Below the pieces are notes generated by a model. The model saw nothing but the letters and a program-made list of their open reading frames with translations, was not told where the DNA came from and did no database searches. This document shows positions 48,729 to 57,818 of a stretch of DNA of 64,000 bases, piece by piece. The number at the start of each line of letters is the position of its first letter. Within the stretch, counting starts at the first letter, position 1. The DNA lies in contig JAWOFK010000060.1 of the NCBI GenBank assembly GCA_046497565.1, positions 956-64,955 on the forward strand. Reading direction: 5' to 3'. The DNA is from Dehalococcoidia bacterium (lineage in GTDB: Bacteria > Chloroflexota > Dehalococcoidia > GIF9 > AB-539-J10). Both the position numbers and the translations under genes were made by a program.

Positions 48729-49376
48729 TCAAGGAGAGGGAGCCCCTTTGACCAGCTTCCAGACGATAGTTTCGCTCAGCACAGCTACGTCTTCAGTGGA
48801 AAGATAATCAGAAATATTAGCGTCGAACAATATGTTACCATTGGGGGCAAGCTCTTCATCGCCTCTCCATAACACTAAGGTTATGGGCACATGGGGGAAA
48901 GCATCGATGGTCATAGATAAATCTCCGTAGCCTGCTTTGCGGCTGCCCAACCTGGCGGCGGTATCTACCAGTAATTCGGGATTTCGGCCAAAGCGCTTCA
49001 CCAGAGGCCCTATCGCTCTTTGGGAAAATGCCGGGAAGTAGCTCACGCCTCCCGGTACCTGTTTGTAGGTAATAAGCTTACCGCTAGCAGGGGTGCCCTT
49101 GGCCCCGGCGAAATAGTGAAGTATCAGAATTCCATCCCTCAGGGAAACTTGTACATCACTGTCATCCAGGGAGACTTCGGCATCAGGGATTGTGATGCGG
49201 TACGATTGGTTCAGATAATCAATGGCTATCTCCTGGGGGCCCAGGTACCTGGCACCGCTTCTGCGGCATTGCTCTTCCACATCGTTGATTTTGGCCACCT
49301 GCTCGCGAGCAAGCTTATAGGAGAGGTCAAAACCCCGTTCCCAAGGACTACCTGATGAAGAACTGCGATCTTTCAC
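48729..49376 (-). CDS. DUF3786 domain protein (commonly linked to Wood-Ljungdahl gene clusters)
   Basis: 215 aa. Its position directly downstream of metF (1-nt overlap) and its overall pattern match DUF3786 as I recall it. Confidence 0.6.
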   Translation of the reverse strand: MKDRSSSSGSPWERGFDLSYKLAREQVAKINDVEEQCRRSGARYLGPQEIAIDYLNQSYRITIPDAEVSLDDSDVQVSLRDGILILHYFAGAKGTPASGKLITYKQVPGGVSYFPAFSQRAIGPLVKRFGRNPELLVDTAARLGSRKAGYGDLSMTIDAFPHVPITLVLWRGDEELAPNGNILFDANISDYLSTEDVAVLSETIVWKLVKGAPSP

Positions 49377-50305
49377 TATGTACCAAATCTCGGGCGGGGC
49401 ACGAGACCAGCCGCCTCTAGTATTTCAGGCACAACCTCCTCCCACTCGATCGCCATGAGGTGAATGCCAGCCACCCCCTCAATTTCACGCACCTGCTCAA
49501 TAATGTCGACGCAAAGCTTGATGCCTTCCCTCGATACCTGCTCCTTGGGCACTCCTTGAAGCCGCTCAATAACACTGTCCGGCACATCCATGCCGGGCAC
49601 TCTATTCTTCATGTATTTTGCGGCACCCAGTGACTTGATAGGGGCAACACCGGCCAGTATCTTTGTTTGCTCGTGCAGTCCCCTGTCGCGCACGCCCTTC
49701 ATCCATTCAGCGAACTTGTCCACATTGTAGATAATCTGCGTTTGGATGAAGTCGGCCCCTGCTGCCACTTTCTTGGCAAGACGCGGCACTCTGAACTCAA
49801 AGGGGTCGGCAAAGGGGTTTTCAGCAGCCCCGATGAAAAGACGAGGCTCAACTGTCATCTCCTCGCCACACTGGAATTTCTTTTCGTCCCGCATGTCCTT
49901 GACCATCTTAACCAGTTGAATAGAATCAACATCATAAACACCCTTGGCCATGGGATGGTTACCGAATTTCTGGTGGTCACCGGTTAGGCACAACAGATTG
50001 TTCATGCCCAGCGCCGCTATGCCTAGTACATCCATTTGAAGGGCAATGCGATTCCGGTCACGACAGGTCATCTGGACAATATGCTCTAACCCTTCCTCTT
50101 TGCCGATAACGCAGGCTGCCCAGGATGCCATGCGCACCACAGCAGTCTGACCATCGGTGACATTAACCGCATCTACATTACCTTTGAGTATCTTTGCTTT
50201 GGTCCTGATTACCTCGGGGTCAGCGCTTTGCGGTGGGCCCAATTCACCGGTAACAGCAAACTGTCCCGCCTCGAGCACCCGCTCCAAATTGCTTCTGGTC
50301 TTCAT
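49376..50305 (-). CDS. metF: Methylenetetrahydrofolate reductase, acetogen-type MetF
   Basis: 309 aa, a TIM-barrel MTHFR with AVTGELGPPQ, VNVTDGQ, LLCLTGD and ADFIQTQ. Confidence 0.9.
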   Translation of the reverse strand: MKTRSNLERVLEAGQFAVTGELGPPQSADPEVIRTKAKILKGNVDAVNVTDGQTAVVRMASWAACVIGKEEGLEHIVQMTCRDRNRIALQMDVLGIAALGMNNLLCLTGDHQKFGNHPMAKGVYDVDSIQLVKMVKDMRDEKKFQCGEEMTVEPRLFIGAAENPFADPFEFRVPRLAKKVAAGADFIQTQIIYNVDKFAEWMKGVRDRGLHEQTKILAGVAPIKSLGAAKYMKNRVPGMDVPDSVIERLQGVPKEQVSREGIKLCVDIIEQVREIEGVAGIHLMAIEWEEVVPEILEAAGLVPRPRFGT

Positions 50306-50372
50306 TGCTCCTCCAATTGTTTAGCTCGGCCCGATAAGATCGGGAAATTCAGGAAAATATCTCTACTGGTGG

Positions 50373-50984
50373 TTACGAAGAAAGGCTCACATTCCAATTC
50401 TTGGGTGTCCCAATCCTTTCCAAGGTGTCAAGTCGTCCCAATTTACCAAGGCGATCGACAATCTGTTGCCAGACGCAAGACATATCCGGATCAACTTCAC
50501 ACTTGCCATTCTGTGAACCGCCACAAGGACCGTTAAGAAGATGCTTGGAACATAGAGCGACAGGACACAATCCTCCAGTATAGTTCATATAACATTCCCC
50601 GCATTGATCGCAGTTGAACTCCCGGGCAGTAAGCCCCTGGAAACCATTCAGATAAAGAGTATCGCAACCTGTATAGACAATTCTATCTTCCAGTAGCGAG
50701 GACACTACCTGCACGCCGACCCCACAAGACAAAACAAGGATTACCTGTGCCTTTTCTATTTCAGTGGCATACGCCTTGATGTATTCGCGAACAAACTCCC
50801 TGTGACATAGATAGTCAACAGTTGCCTTGCCAACAACCTGTTCCTTCAAGCTGTCTACGAACGCCTCTGCCTCCTCTACTGGATAATGAACGTCCCGACA
50901 GCCCAGGCATTCAAAGATGAAAAGTCTCTTCGACGAAATCAGGGGTAGTATCTCTTCTTCAGGCTTTATTTGCACTGCGAGCAT
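50373..50984 (-). CDS. metV: MetV (methylene-THF reductase C-terminal-domain/zinc-ribbon FeS protein)
   Basis: 203 aa with CDQCGECYMNYTGGLCPVALCSKHLLNGPCGGSQNGKCEV. It lies immediately upstream of metF. Confidence 0.75.
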   Translation of the reverse strand: MLAVQIKPEEEILPLISSKRLFIFECLGCRDVHYPVEEAEAFVDSLKEQVVGKATVDYLCHREFVREYIKAYATEIEKAQVILVLSCGVGVQVVSSLLEDRIVYTGCDTLYLNGFQGLTAREFNCDQCGECYMNYTGGLCPVALCSKHLLNGPCGGSQNGKCEVDPDMSCVWQQIVDRLGKLGRLDTLERIGTPKNWNVSLSS

Positions 50985-52986
50985 ACGCCTTCTCCTGTCT
51001 GATAAAACTCAAAAGGGCAATTTTGGCAGCACATATGTATTCGCAGCATCCGCACTCCACGCATTCCTCCACCTTGTACTCCATCGCCTTGCCCAGGTCG
51101 CCTTTCTTCCCATAAAGACCATAGAAAAGAGGGTAAAGCTGCATGGGACAGACTTCCACGCAACGACCACATTTTATGCAATCTCTTTCCTCAGAAACCG
51201 TCACAGGGTACTTCTTCTGGACAGTGAGCCCTGTCGTCCCTTTTATGACAGACGAATCCAGATTTGCCTGGCGGATCCCCATAACGGCACCGCCCATCTT
51301 CACATCATATTCTTCCAGGATTCCGTCCACATTCTTATCTGAACAATACTGCATGATACCCTTGATCGGGGTCCCTATCTTAACCAGGTAGTTTCCAGGT
51401 CTGGTTAGGCCTTCCCCTGATACCGTTATGACCCTTTGAAACAAGGGTAGACCTTTTACCACTGCCTCATATATGGCAAAAAGCGTACCGACATTTGAAA
51501 CGATCACGCCCACATCGAAAGGAAGTCCCTTCGGAGGCGGAGGTACCTCTCTGTCCACAAGTCTCTTGATCAATGCCCTTTCCGCGCCTTGAGGATATTT
51601 GGTTTTCAAACTAACTAGTTCAACTGATGGAGACTTATCGGCAAACCTGCTTAAAGCTGCTATGGCGTCGGGTTTGTTTTCCTCGACCCCCACAAACACC
51701 CTTTCCACACCCAGAATCTTCTGGACTATCCTCATCCCTGTGAAGATCTCCTCCGGATGCTCGATCATAAGCCTGTTATCGGTATTTAGATAAGGTTCAC
51801 ATTCACATCCATTTACGAGCAGAGTGTCTACCGATTTCGGAGGAGAAAATTTCACATGTGTTGGAAACATTGCTCCACCAAGACCCACGATTCCACTTTC
51901 CTTTATTATCTCCAGCAGAGTCTCTTTCGGCAGTGCTTCAAAATCATCACGCGGTTGAATCGCAGGATCAAGCTCGTTCTTCCCGTCATTTTCTATTACT
52001 ACGGCCAGCTCTTTTCTGGGCGCTGCAGGATAAGCACGCTCCTCTACTGAGATAACCTTCCCGCTGATGCTCGAGTGGATGGACGCAGAAACGAAACCGT
52101 CTGTTTCTCCGATCTTCTGACCGACCTTGACCCTGTCGCCCGCTTTGACGACAGGATTGGCCCGCTTGCCGGCGTGTTGACAAAGGAAGATGACCGCTGT
52201 TTGAGGTTCCGGAAATCTCTCTATCCGCTTGTCCGCAGTTGCTTCCTTCCTCTCCAGAGGGTGAAACCCTCCGTAGAATCCGTCGCCCCGAAGCACTTGA
52301 TTCTGCAAAGACAAATCGTTTCTGAGCTTCCAGGACGGCCTGGAGTGGTCTCTTGGTTGAACACCTTCCGGGGCCAACTGTTCGCCACGTTTCTCAAGTC
52401 GCTCATGAATTCTTACCCAGGCACAATCGACACTTGAATTTACCTCACACTTTCCATCCGTTGCTCCGCCGCAAGGGCCGTTCAATAGACCTTTGGCGCA
52501 GTTCGTGATAGGGCAGATTCCTCCGGTCAAATTCAAGTAACACTGACTGCAAGCGGCACACTTCTCTTCTTCCAAAGAAATACCGTGATAGCCGACCTCA
52601 GTGGGATAATTTACGGCGTGCGGCACTGAATCAGCCAGGGCATAAACAGGCTTTCCCTCCAGAAGCTTGGCCACGAACTGAATGCCCAGACCACAGGAAT
52701 TTACCCCTATGCAATCACAACCAGAAAGGTCTAAGCCTGCAATCTTCTTTGCGGACAGAAAATCGTTGCACAAAAAATCAATCCGTGCGTGACCCAGGAC
52801 TTTTTTGCCGTCCTCTCCCAGAATCTCCAAAAGCTGCGTATATTGCCCTTCGTCTTCCTCCTCAAACTTCTTGTAACATTTGCCACAGGACAGGACAAAC
52901 ATCCGATTCGCTTGCTTGAAAACTTCCCTGATCTCTTCGTCAGGCTTCAGTCTGAATTTAGTGTAATCCATTAATTCCATTTGCAT
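50959..52986 (-). CDS. Fusion protein: N-terminal MetV-like domain plus RnfC-like NADH/FMN/FeS module
   Basis: 675 aa. Residues ~1-200 parallel MetV (CAACSQCYLNLTGGICPITNCAKGLLNGPCGGATDGKCEV). The remainder is RnfC-like (GGFHPLERK.., QHAGKRANPVVKAGDRVKVGQ, GLGGAMFPTHVKF, CIKCGRCVEVCP, CVECGCCEYIC). Confidence 0.8.
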   Translation of the reverse strand: MQMELMDYTKFRLKPDEEIREVFKQANRMFVLSCGKCYKKFEEEDEGQYTQLLEILGEDGKKVLGHARIDFLCNDFLSAKKIAGLDLSGCDCIGVNSCGLGIQFVAKLLEGKPVYALADSVPHAVNYPTEVGYHGISLEEEKCAACSQCYLNLTGGICPITNCAKGLLNGPCGGATDGKCEVNSSVDCAWVRIHERLEKRGEQLAPEGVQPRDHSRPSWKLRNDLSLQNQVLRGDGFYGGFHPLERKEATADKRIERFPEPQTAVIFLCQHAGKRANPVVKAGDRVKVGQKIGETDGFVSASIHSSISGKVISVEERAYPAAPRKELAVVIENDGKNELDPAIQPRDDFEALPKETLLEIIKESGIVGLGGAMFPTHVKFSPPKSVDTLLVNGCECEPYLNTDNRLMIEHPEEIFTGMRIVQKILGVERVFVGVEENKPDAIAALSRFADKSPSVELVSLKTKYPQGAERALIKRLVDREVPPPPKGLPFDVGVIVSNVGTLFAIYEAVVKGLPLFQRVITVSGEGLTRPGNYLVKIGTPIKGIMQYCSDKNVDGILEEYDVKMGGAVMGIRQANLDSSVIKGTTGLTVQKKYPVTVSEERDCIKCGRCVEVCPMQLYPLFYGLYGKKGDLGKAMEYKVEECVECGCCEYICAAKIALLSFIRQEKAYARSANKA

Positions 52987-53157
52987 GTGTTAAGAACCTC
53001 ACGTGTAGTTTGACCGAATAGGCTTTGCCTCGCTGTACGCTGCCCGTGATAGGTTCGGGCCCTCCCTTGCACCATTTGTCTTCTGGCAAACCGCCGTATT
53101 TTACACTATCTGACATCAATTACACAAGCTTTTTGTACTCGTTCTTCACTGACTTCG

Positions 53158-53925
53158 TCACAAAGACAGGCTCTCAACTATCTCCTTGACCTTCAGTTGC
53201 AGGGGGGATTCCTGAGGAAGATCGGTCACAGGCCTTCCCTCCATCTCCAGACCCGACATATCAGGTTCTTCTGGAATCAGGGCAATAACCTCAAGCCCGG
53301 ATTCCTCCATCGCCTTTTTTATCTCTGGAGACAGTTCACCCTTGACGCGATTGACGACAAGCCCGGCTTTGCCCACGCTTGATCTCAATTCCTCAATCAG
53401 TTTCTTCATGCGGGCCGCCGCAGTGATCCCTCTAATTGTGGGGTCGGACACAATAAGCAGGACATCGATATCTCTGGTAGTCTGACGGCTGATGTGTTCC
53501 AGCCCTGCCTCACAATCCATGACGACATAGTCATACTTATGATCCTCCACCAGCTTGTCCAGCGAATCACGCAGAAATCGATTAGAGGCACAGTAGCATC
53601 CGGGCCCTTCCGGACGCCCCATGGCCAGCAGGTCAAATCCTTTCGACTCCGCTAGCGACTCCACTATCTTGCCAAACAGATATTCCTGCTTAACAATGGT
53701 GGGACTGAGATTACCCCTTGACACATCTTCAGTCATCTTTTCCCGTATTGTACCTACAGTCTGACTGTCATCCAGAGGCAGCCCCAGCGCTTGGTTGAGG
53801 TTGGTGCTGGGGTCAGCGTCAACGGCCAGGACCAATCCCTTTTGAGATAAGAGCTTGACCAGCAAGGCAGCAACAGTGGTCTTGCCCACTCCTCCTTTCC
53901 CCGCCATAGCAATTGTCTTCGTCAT
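53158..53925 (-). CDS. cooC: CODH/ACS nickel-insertion ATPase CooC/AcsF
   Basis: 255 aa with the deviant Walker A motif AMAGKGGVGKTT and a CxC metal motif region (GPGCYC). Confidence 0.85.
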   Translation of the reverse strand: MTKTIAMAGKGGVGKTTVAALLVKLLSQKGLVLAVDADPSTNLNQALGLPLDDSQTVGTIREKMTEDVSRGNLSPTIVKQEYLFGKIVESLAESKGFDLLAMGRPEGPGCYCASNRFLRDSLDKLVEDHKYDYVVMDCEAGLEHISRQTTRDIDVLLIVSDPTIRGITAAARMKKLIEELRSSVGKAGLVVNRVKGELSPEIKKAMEESGLEVIALIPEEPDMSGLEMEGRPVTDLPQESPLQLKVKEIVESLSL

Positions 53926-55835
53926 TTCTTGCTTCTCCTTTCAGATGACTCTGGTGAAGGCAGTGCGCTAACAGGCGATAGCTTCACCACCGCATTGTAT
54001 TCAGGAGGACAGACTTCCAGGCACGTCCCACACTTGGTACACTTCTCTTGGTCTATGGTCTTGACCTCCCCCTTACCTCCCTTAATTGCTTCGGTGGGGC
54101 AGGTCAGGACACAGTGTTCGCAGGCTCTATCACACTTGTCCGGAAGGATATAATAGACAATGAGTTCGGTGCATACCTTCGCGCGGCAGAACTTCTCCTC
54201 AATATGAGCTTCATATTCATCCCGGAAATAACGGAGTGTTGTCAGAACAGGATTGGGCGCTGTTCTACCCAGACCACAAAGCGAACCTGTTTTGACATCC
54301 TCAGCTAAGCCGAGAAGCAGGTCAATATCTTCTATTTTGCCCCGGCCGGCCGTGATATCCTCCAGGATGTGCAGCATTTGGAGAGTACCCAGTCGACACA
54401 TAGTGCATTTCCCACAGGATTCCCTGGTTGAGAAATCGAGAAAAAACCTTGCGGCATCGACCATGCAATTATCCTCATCCATGACAATCATGCCCCCCGA
54501 GCCCATCATCGAGCCAGCCTCTCGAAGGGAATCATAATCAACAGGAATGTCAAGCAAAGTCTCGGGCAGGCAGCCCCCTGAGGGTCCCCCTATCTGTACC
54601 GCTCTAAACTGCTTGTCTTTGGCAATTCCACCGCCGATGTCATAAATGAGCTTGCGGAGTGTTGTCCCCATAGGCACTTCGGTCAATCCCGAATTGACCA
54701 CTTTGCCCGCCATTGTAAACACTGCCGTGCCCGTGCTTCCTTCCGTGCCGTTGGAGGCGAACCAATCCGCCCCCCGCTCAATTATCAATGGAACGTAAGC
54801 AAAGGTTTTCACGTTGTTCAACAAAGTCGGTTTGTTCCATAAGCCGGCCTCAGCAAGGTGAGGAGGCTTTGTCCTGGGCTCGCTTCTTCTGCCCTCCATG
54901 GCCGCGACTAACGCCGTCGCCTCCCCGGAGACGAAAGCACCGGCCCCGGCCGCTATCTCGATACTAAACCGAAAGCCACTACCCAGGATATTATCTCCCA
55001 GGAACCCGGATTCCGCGGCTTGCTTCAAACCGATTCGTACCCGCTCGATAGCTAAAGGATATTCGGCGCGGACATAAACGTAGCCCTGTTCAGCACCCGT
55101 GGCATAACCGGCAATAATCATTCCCTCGATAACTTCGTGTGGGTCGCTTTCCAGGAGTACCCGGTCCATAAAAGCACCGGGGTCACCTTCATCGGCATTG
55201 CATATGACATATTTTGGCCTGCCTTTGGCCTTACGGCATAGCTCCCATTTTCGATAGGCAGGAAATCCAGCCCCCCCCCTTCCCCGCAGTCCGGACCTCT
55301 TCAGTTCCCCGATTGTCTCAGCAGGGGACAGTTTCAACGCTTTCTCCAGGCCACCATAGCCGCCGGTGGCGATGTAGTGATTTATGTCCTCAGGATCGAT
55401 ATAGCCACAGCGGCGCAGTATGAGCCGAAGCTCATGTTCAAACCGGGGAAGCTCTGGAATATAGACACCCCCCTCACCATTTTCTTCAAGGGTGCCTAAA
55501 GCAAGCTCGAGGCAAGGGTCGTCGCCGGCCACATAACCTTCCACAAGCCGTGGTACAATCTCAGGAGTCACGTTGTGATACACAACGCTAAGAGAATCGG
55601 GCTTGGAAATAGTAACCAGAGGCTCAGCATAGCATAGCTCCATACAGCCCACCTGGGTAATCGGGACTTCCAGGCCTTGCCGCGTTAGCTCCTTGTTAAA
55701 GGCATCAACTACGTCCAACGCGCCAGCCGCCCTACCACAAGTAGCTGTGCCGATAAGAATATGGCTGCCCTTCAGTAAAGCTTCCCATTCCGACTTCGCC
55801 CTATTACTGATTCCCTCGAAAGTCATGCTAAACAA
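53922..55835 (-). CDS. NuoF/HydB-type flavoprotein, module 3 (divergent signature motifs)
   Basis: 637 aa with the same architecture as modules 1 and 2. It reads GFPAYRKW, GAGAFVSGEATAL and PPHLAEAGLWNKPT, and its first ferredoxin motif is CDRACEHCVLTCP. Confidence 0.85.
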   Translation of the reverse strand: MFSMTFEGISNRAKSEWEALLKGSHILIGTATCGRAAGALDVVDAFNKELTRQGLEVPITQVGCMELCYAEPLVTISKPDSLSVVYHNVTPEIVPRLVEGYVAGDDPCLELALGTLEENGEGGVYIPELPRFEHELRLILRRCGYIDPEDINHYIATGGYGGLEKALKLSPAETIGELKRSGLRGRGGAGFPAYRKWELCRKAKGRPKYVICNADEGDPGAFMDRVLLESDPHEVIEGMIIAGYATGAEQGYVYVRAEYPLAIERVRIGLKQAAESGFLGDNILGSGFRFSIEIAAGAGAFVSGEATALVAAMEGRRSEPRTKPPHLAEAGLWNKPTLLNNVKTFAYVPLIIERGADWFASNGTEGSTGTAVFTMAGKVVNSGLTEVPMGTTLRKLIYDIGGGIAKDKQFRAVQIGGPSGGCLPETLLDIPVDYDSLREAGSMMGSGGMIVMDEDNCMVDAARFFLDFSTRESCGKCTMCRLGTLQMLHILEDITAGRGKIEDIDLLLGLAEDVKTGSLCGLGRTAPNPVLTTLRYFRDEYEAHIEEKFCRAKVCTELIVYYILPDKCDRACEHCVLTCPTEAIKGGKGEVKTIDQEKCTKCGTCLEVCPPEYNAVVKLSPVSALPSPESSERRSKK

Positions 55836-55844
55836 TATCAGAAT

Positions 55845-56381
55845 TCATTCTTCAAGCTCTCCCTGAGCTTTCTGCTTATACGGTATCAAGGTTTCTTCCG
55901 CCTTGAAAGGCGTCATCTTAGGATAGATTCTATCTCCAATTGTGGTCACCGGAGCCAGCATGCAACAACCGATGCAGGCGACCCTTTCCAGGCTGAAGCT
56001 CCCATCTGCGGCAGTCTCCCCCGCCTTGATATCCAATTCACGCTCCAAAGCTTCCAGAACGAGTTTCCCCCCTGCTAAGTGGCAGGCAGTCCCCATACAG
56101 ACGATAACATGGTGTTTGCCCAAGGGAACAAGACGAAACTGATTGTAGAAAGTGGCAACCCCCCACACCTCAACTTCCGGCATCTCCAGGAAGCTGGCAA
56201 TCTCTTGCATCGCTTCCCTCGGTAGATACCCCAGCTTCGTCTGGACTTCCTGCAATAGGGGGACTAAGTTTCCCCTTCCTCTTTTGTGCGAGCTTAGAAC
56301 CTCGGCAACAGCTTGTCTGGCCTGCTCCTCCGTTATCATTCCTTCGACAGACTCAAACTTACCCCTTGAGCTGCTTGGCAT
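55845..56381 (-). CDS. NuoE/HydC-type [2Fe-2S] subunit, module 3
   Basis: 178 aa with VCMGTACHLAG and ACIGCCMLAP. It overlaps the acsC stop by 23 nt, and an alternative ATG lies at 56339. Confidence 0.85.
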   Translation of the reverse strand: MPSSSRGKFESVEGMITEEQARQAVAEVLSSHKRGRGNLVPLLQEVQTKLGYLPREAMQEIASFLEMPEVEVWGVATFYNQFRLVPLGKHHVIVCMGTACHLAGGKLVLEALERELDIKAGETAADGSFSLERVACIGCCMLAPVTTIGDRIYPKMTPFKAEETLIPYKQKAQGELEE

Positions 56382-57723
56382 ATCCGGGCAGGAAGGCTGC
56401 TATTCCGGTCGTTTCTCGAGGACCGATTACTACCTCCCATTCCAGATTCAAAGCATCTTCAAGCTCACCTTTGATTCTGGCCACTTTACCCGGAATGATT
56501 ATCTTCCTGTGTTTCACTCTGTCCTCGATGCCACATTTCCTGATAAAGGTGCCCACAGAATCGCCACTGAACTTACCTGCCGCCCAGGCAGTAAGGACAC
56601 CAAGTCCCTCCGCATCCTTAACACAAATATACGCGGGCACTTTGGTAGCCTCAACAGCCGATGAGACAAGGAAGTAGGTCAAAGCCCAGTTTGAAGTCAC
56701 AAGGACCGGGGAAGACTCATCGGGTTGTCCCACTTCGTAGAACTTTTCCTCAACTGCCATGGGGAAGCGAGGATCGGTATAGATATTAAGCCGTTGCACC
56801 AGTAGAGGAAGTAGAGAATGCTGGTCGAAATCAGAAAAGACGATAATACTGGCCCATTTAATTACAAACGCGGAGCCCACCAGCATTTCCTGCAGTCCGT
56901 CTTTGGCCATGAAGCAAGGAAAGGCAATGGTGGGATAGCCAAGAGGCCTGAAACCTTGCTTCAGCGCTGCCCTCCTGATGAAAGTCTGGTCTTTCACTGC
57001 CTCCAGTACGTTCTTGGAACCCGGGTCCAAAACCAGTTCCTCAATCCCGGCATCCTTTAATTTGGTAGTTAGAGGGACAAGTCCTTCGACGCTCTCCGCA
57101 CGAAGGCCAACAGGCGTAACGTTCTCCTTAATCTTGGGAATGGCCTCATCAACGTTTTCCTTGGTTATGGGGTAAAGCAGTGGACGCCTATCCGCACATA
57201 TATCCCGTGCGGCAAACAGGGCATCCATGTCTTCTGAGATCAAGACCATGCCCACGTCGGTCGCATCACACACTTTCTTCACCAGAGCCAGGAACTTGGC
57301 CTTGTCACCCGATTCAAAATGAAGTGCTAAGAGGTCTGCCTTTAGATTTACGCCAACCCAGGGGAACTCCAAATCCTTTATCTTCTTGACCTTCTCCTCG
57401 ACTTTGGCATTGTCCTCCCGGTCCGAGATAAGGAGGGTAACACCCGGCGAATGGACAAATGTCTTCTCATGCCGGTATATTACTTCTTCGTTGCCGATTT
57501 TGACGGCGTTCTCCCCGGAGCCTATAGTAACAAGCTTTATCGGTGGTGCCAGAGCATCCAGCAGCTTGGCCTTCACCTCCTCGGAGAGGTAGGGACACTT
57601 GTCCACAGTAGCTCCTCCCGACGCCAGCTTCATGGCAAAGGCAAAGCACGTGGGGAAGCCACAGTCCTTACAAGGCTTCCTTCCGGGAAGCATCTTCACA
57701 ATCTCAGAACCTGCAATTGGCAT
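56359..57723 (-). CDS. acsC: Corrinoid iron-sulfur protein large subunit (AcsC/CdhE)
   Basis: 454 aa with the N-terminal FeS motif CKDCGFPTCFAFAMKLA..DKCP and the TIM-barrel corrinoid domain. Confidence 0.9.
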   Translation of the reverse strand: MPIAGSEIVKMLPGRKPCKDCGFPTCFAFAMKLASGGATVDKCPYLSEEVKAKLLDALAPPIKLVTIGSGENAVKIGNEEVIYRHEKTFVHSPGVTLLISDREDNAKVEEKVKKIKDLEFPWVGVNLKADLLALHFESGDKAKFLALVKKVCDATDVGMVLISEDMDALFAARDICADRRPLLYPITKENVDEAIPKIKENVTPVGLRAESVEGLVPLTTKLKDAGIEELVLDPGSKNVLEAVKDQTFIRRAALKQGFRPLGYPTIAFPCFMAKDGLQEMLVGSAFVIKWASIIVFSDFDQHSLLPLLVQRLNIYTDPRFPMAVEEKFYEVGQPDESSPVLVTSNWALTYFLVSSAVEATKVPAYICVKDAEGLGVLTAWAAGKFSGDSVGTFIRKCGIEDRVKHRKIIIPGKVARIKGELEDALNLEWEVVIGPRETTGIAAFLPGYAKQLKG

Positions 57724-57818
57724 AACAAACCTCCTTTAACCAGCTATCAGCTTTCAGCCATCACTTGTCAGTTTGCTGACCGCCTTAGCTCACTGCTGAC
57801 TGTTGACTACTCTTGCAT

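Noticed and set aside
52958-53116. A 52-codon minus-strand ORF (MSDSVKYGGLPEDKWCKGGPEP..) in the 170-nt gap between cooC and the MetV::RnfC gene.
   Set aside because: It has no Shine-Dalgarno sequence, it overlaps the start of the downstream gene out of frame, and I recognise no family. The gap more likely holds an internal promoter (TTGTGT-18-TAAAAT on the minus strand, low confidence).
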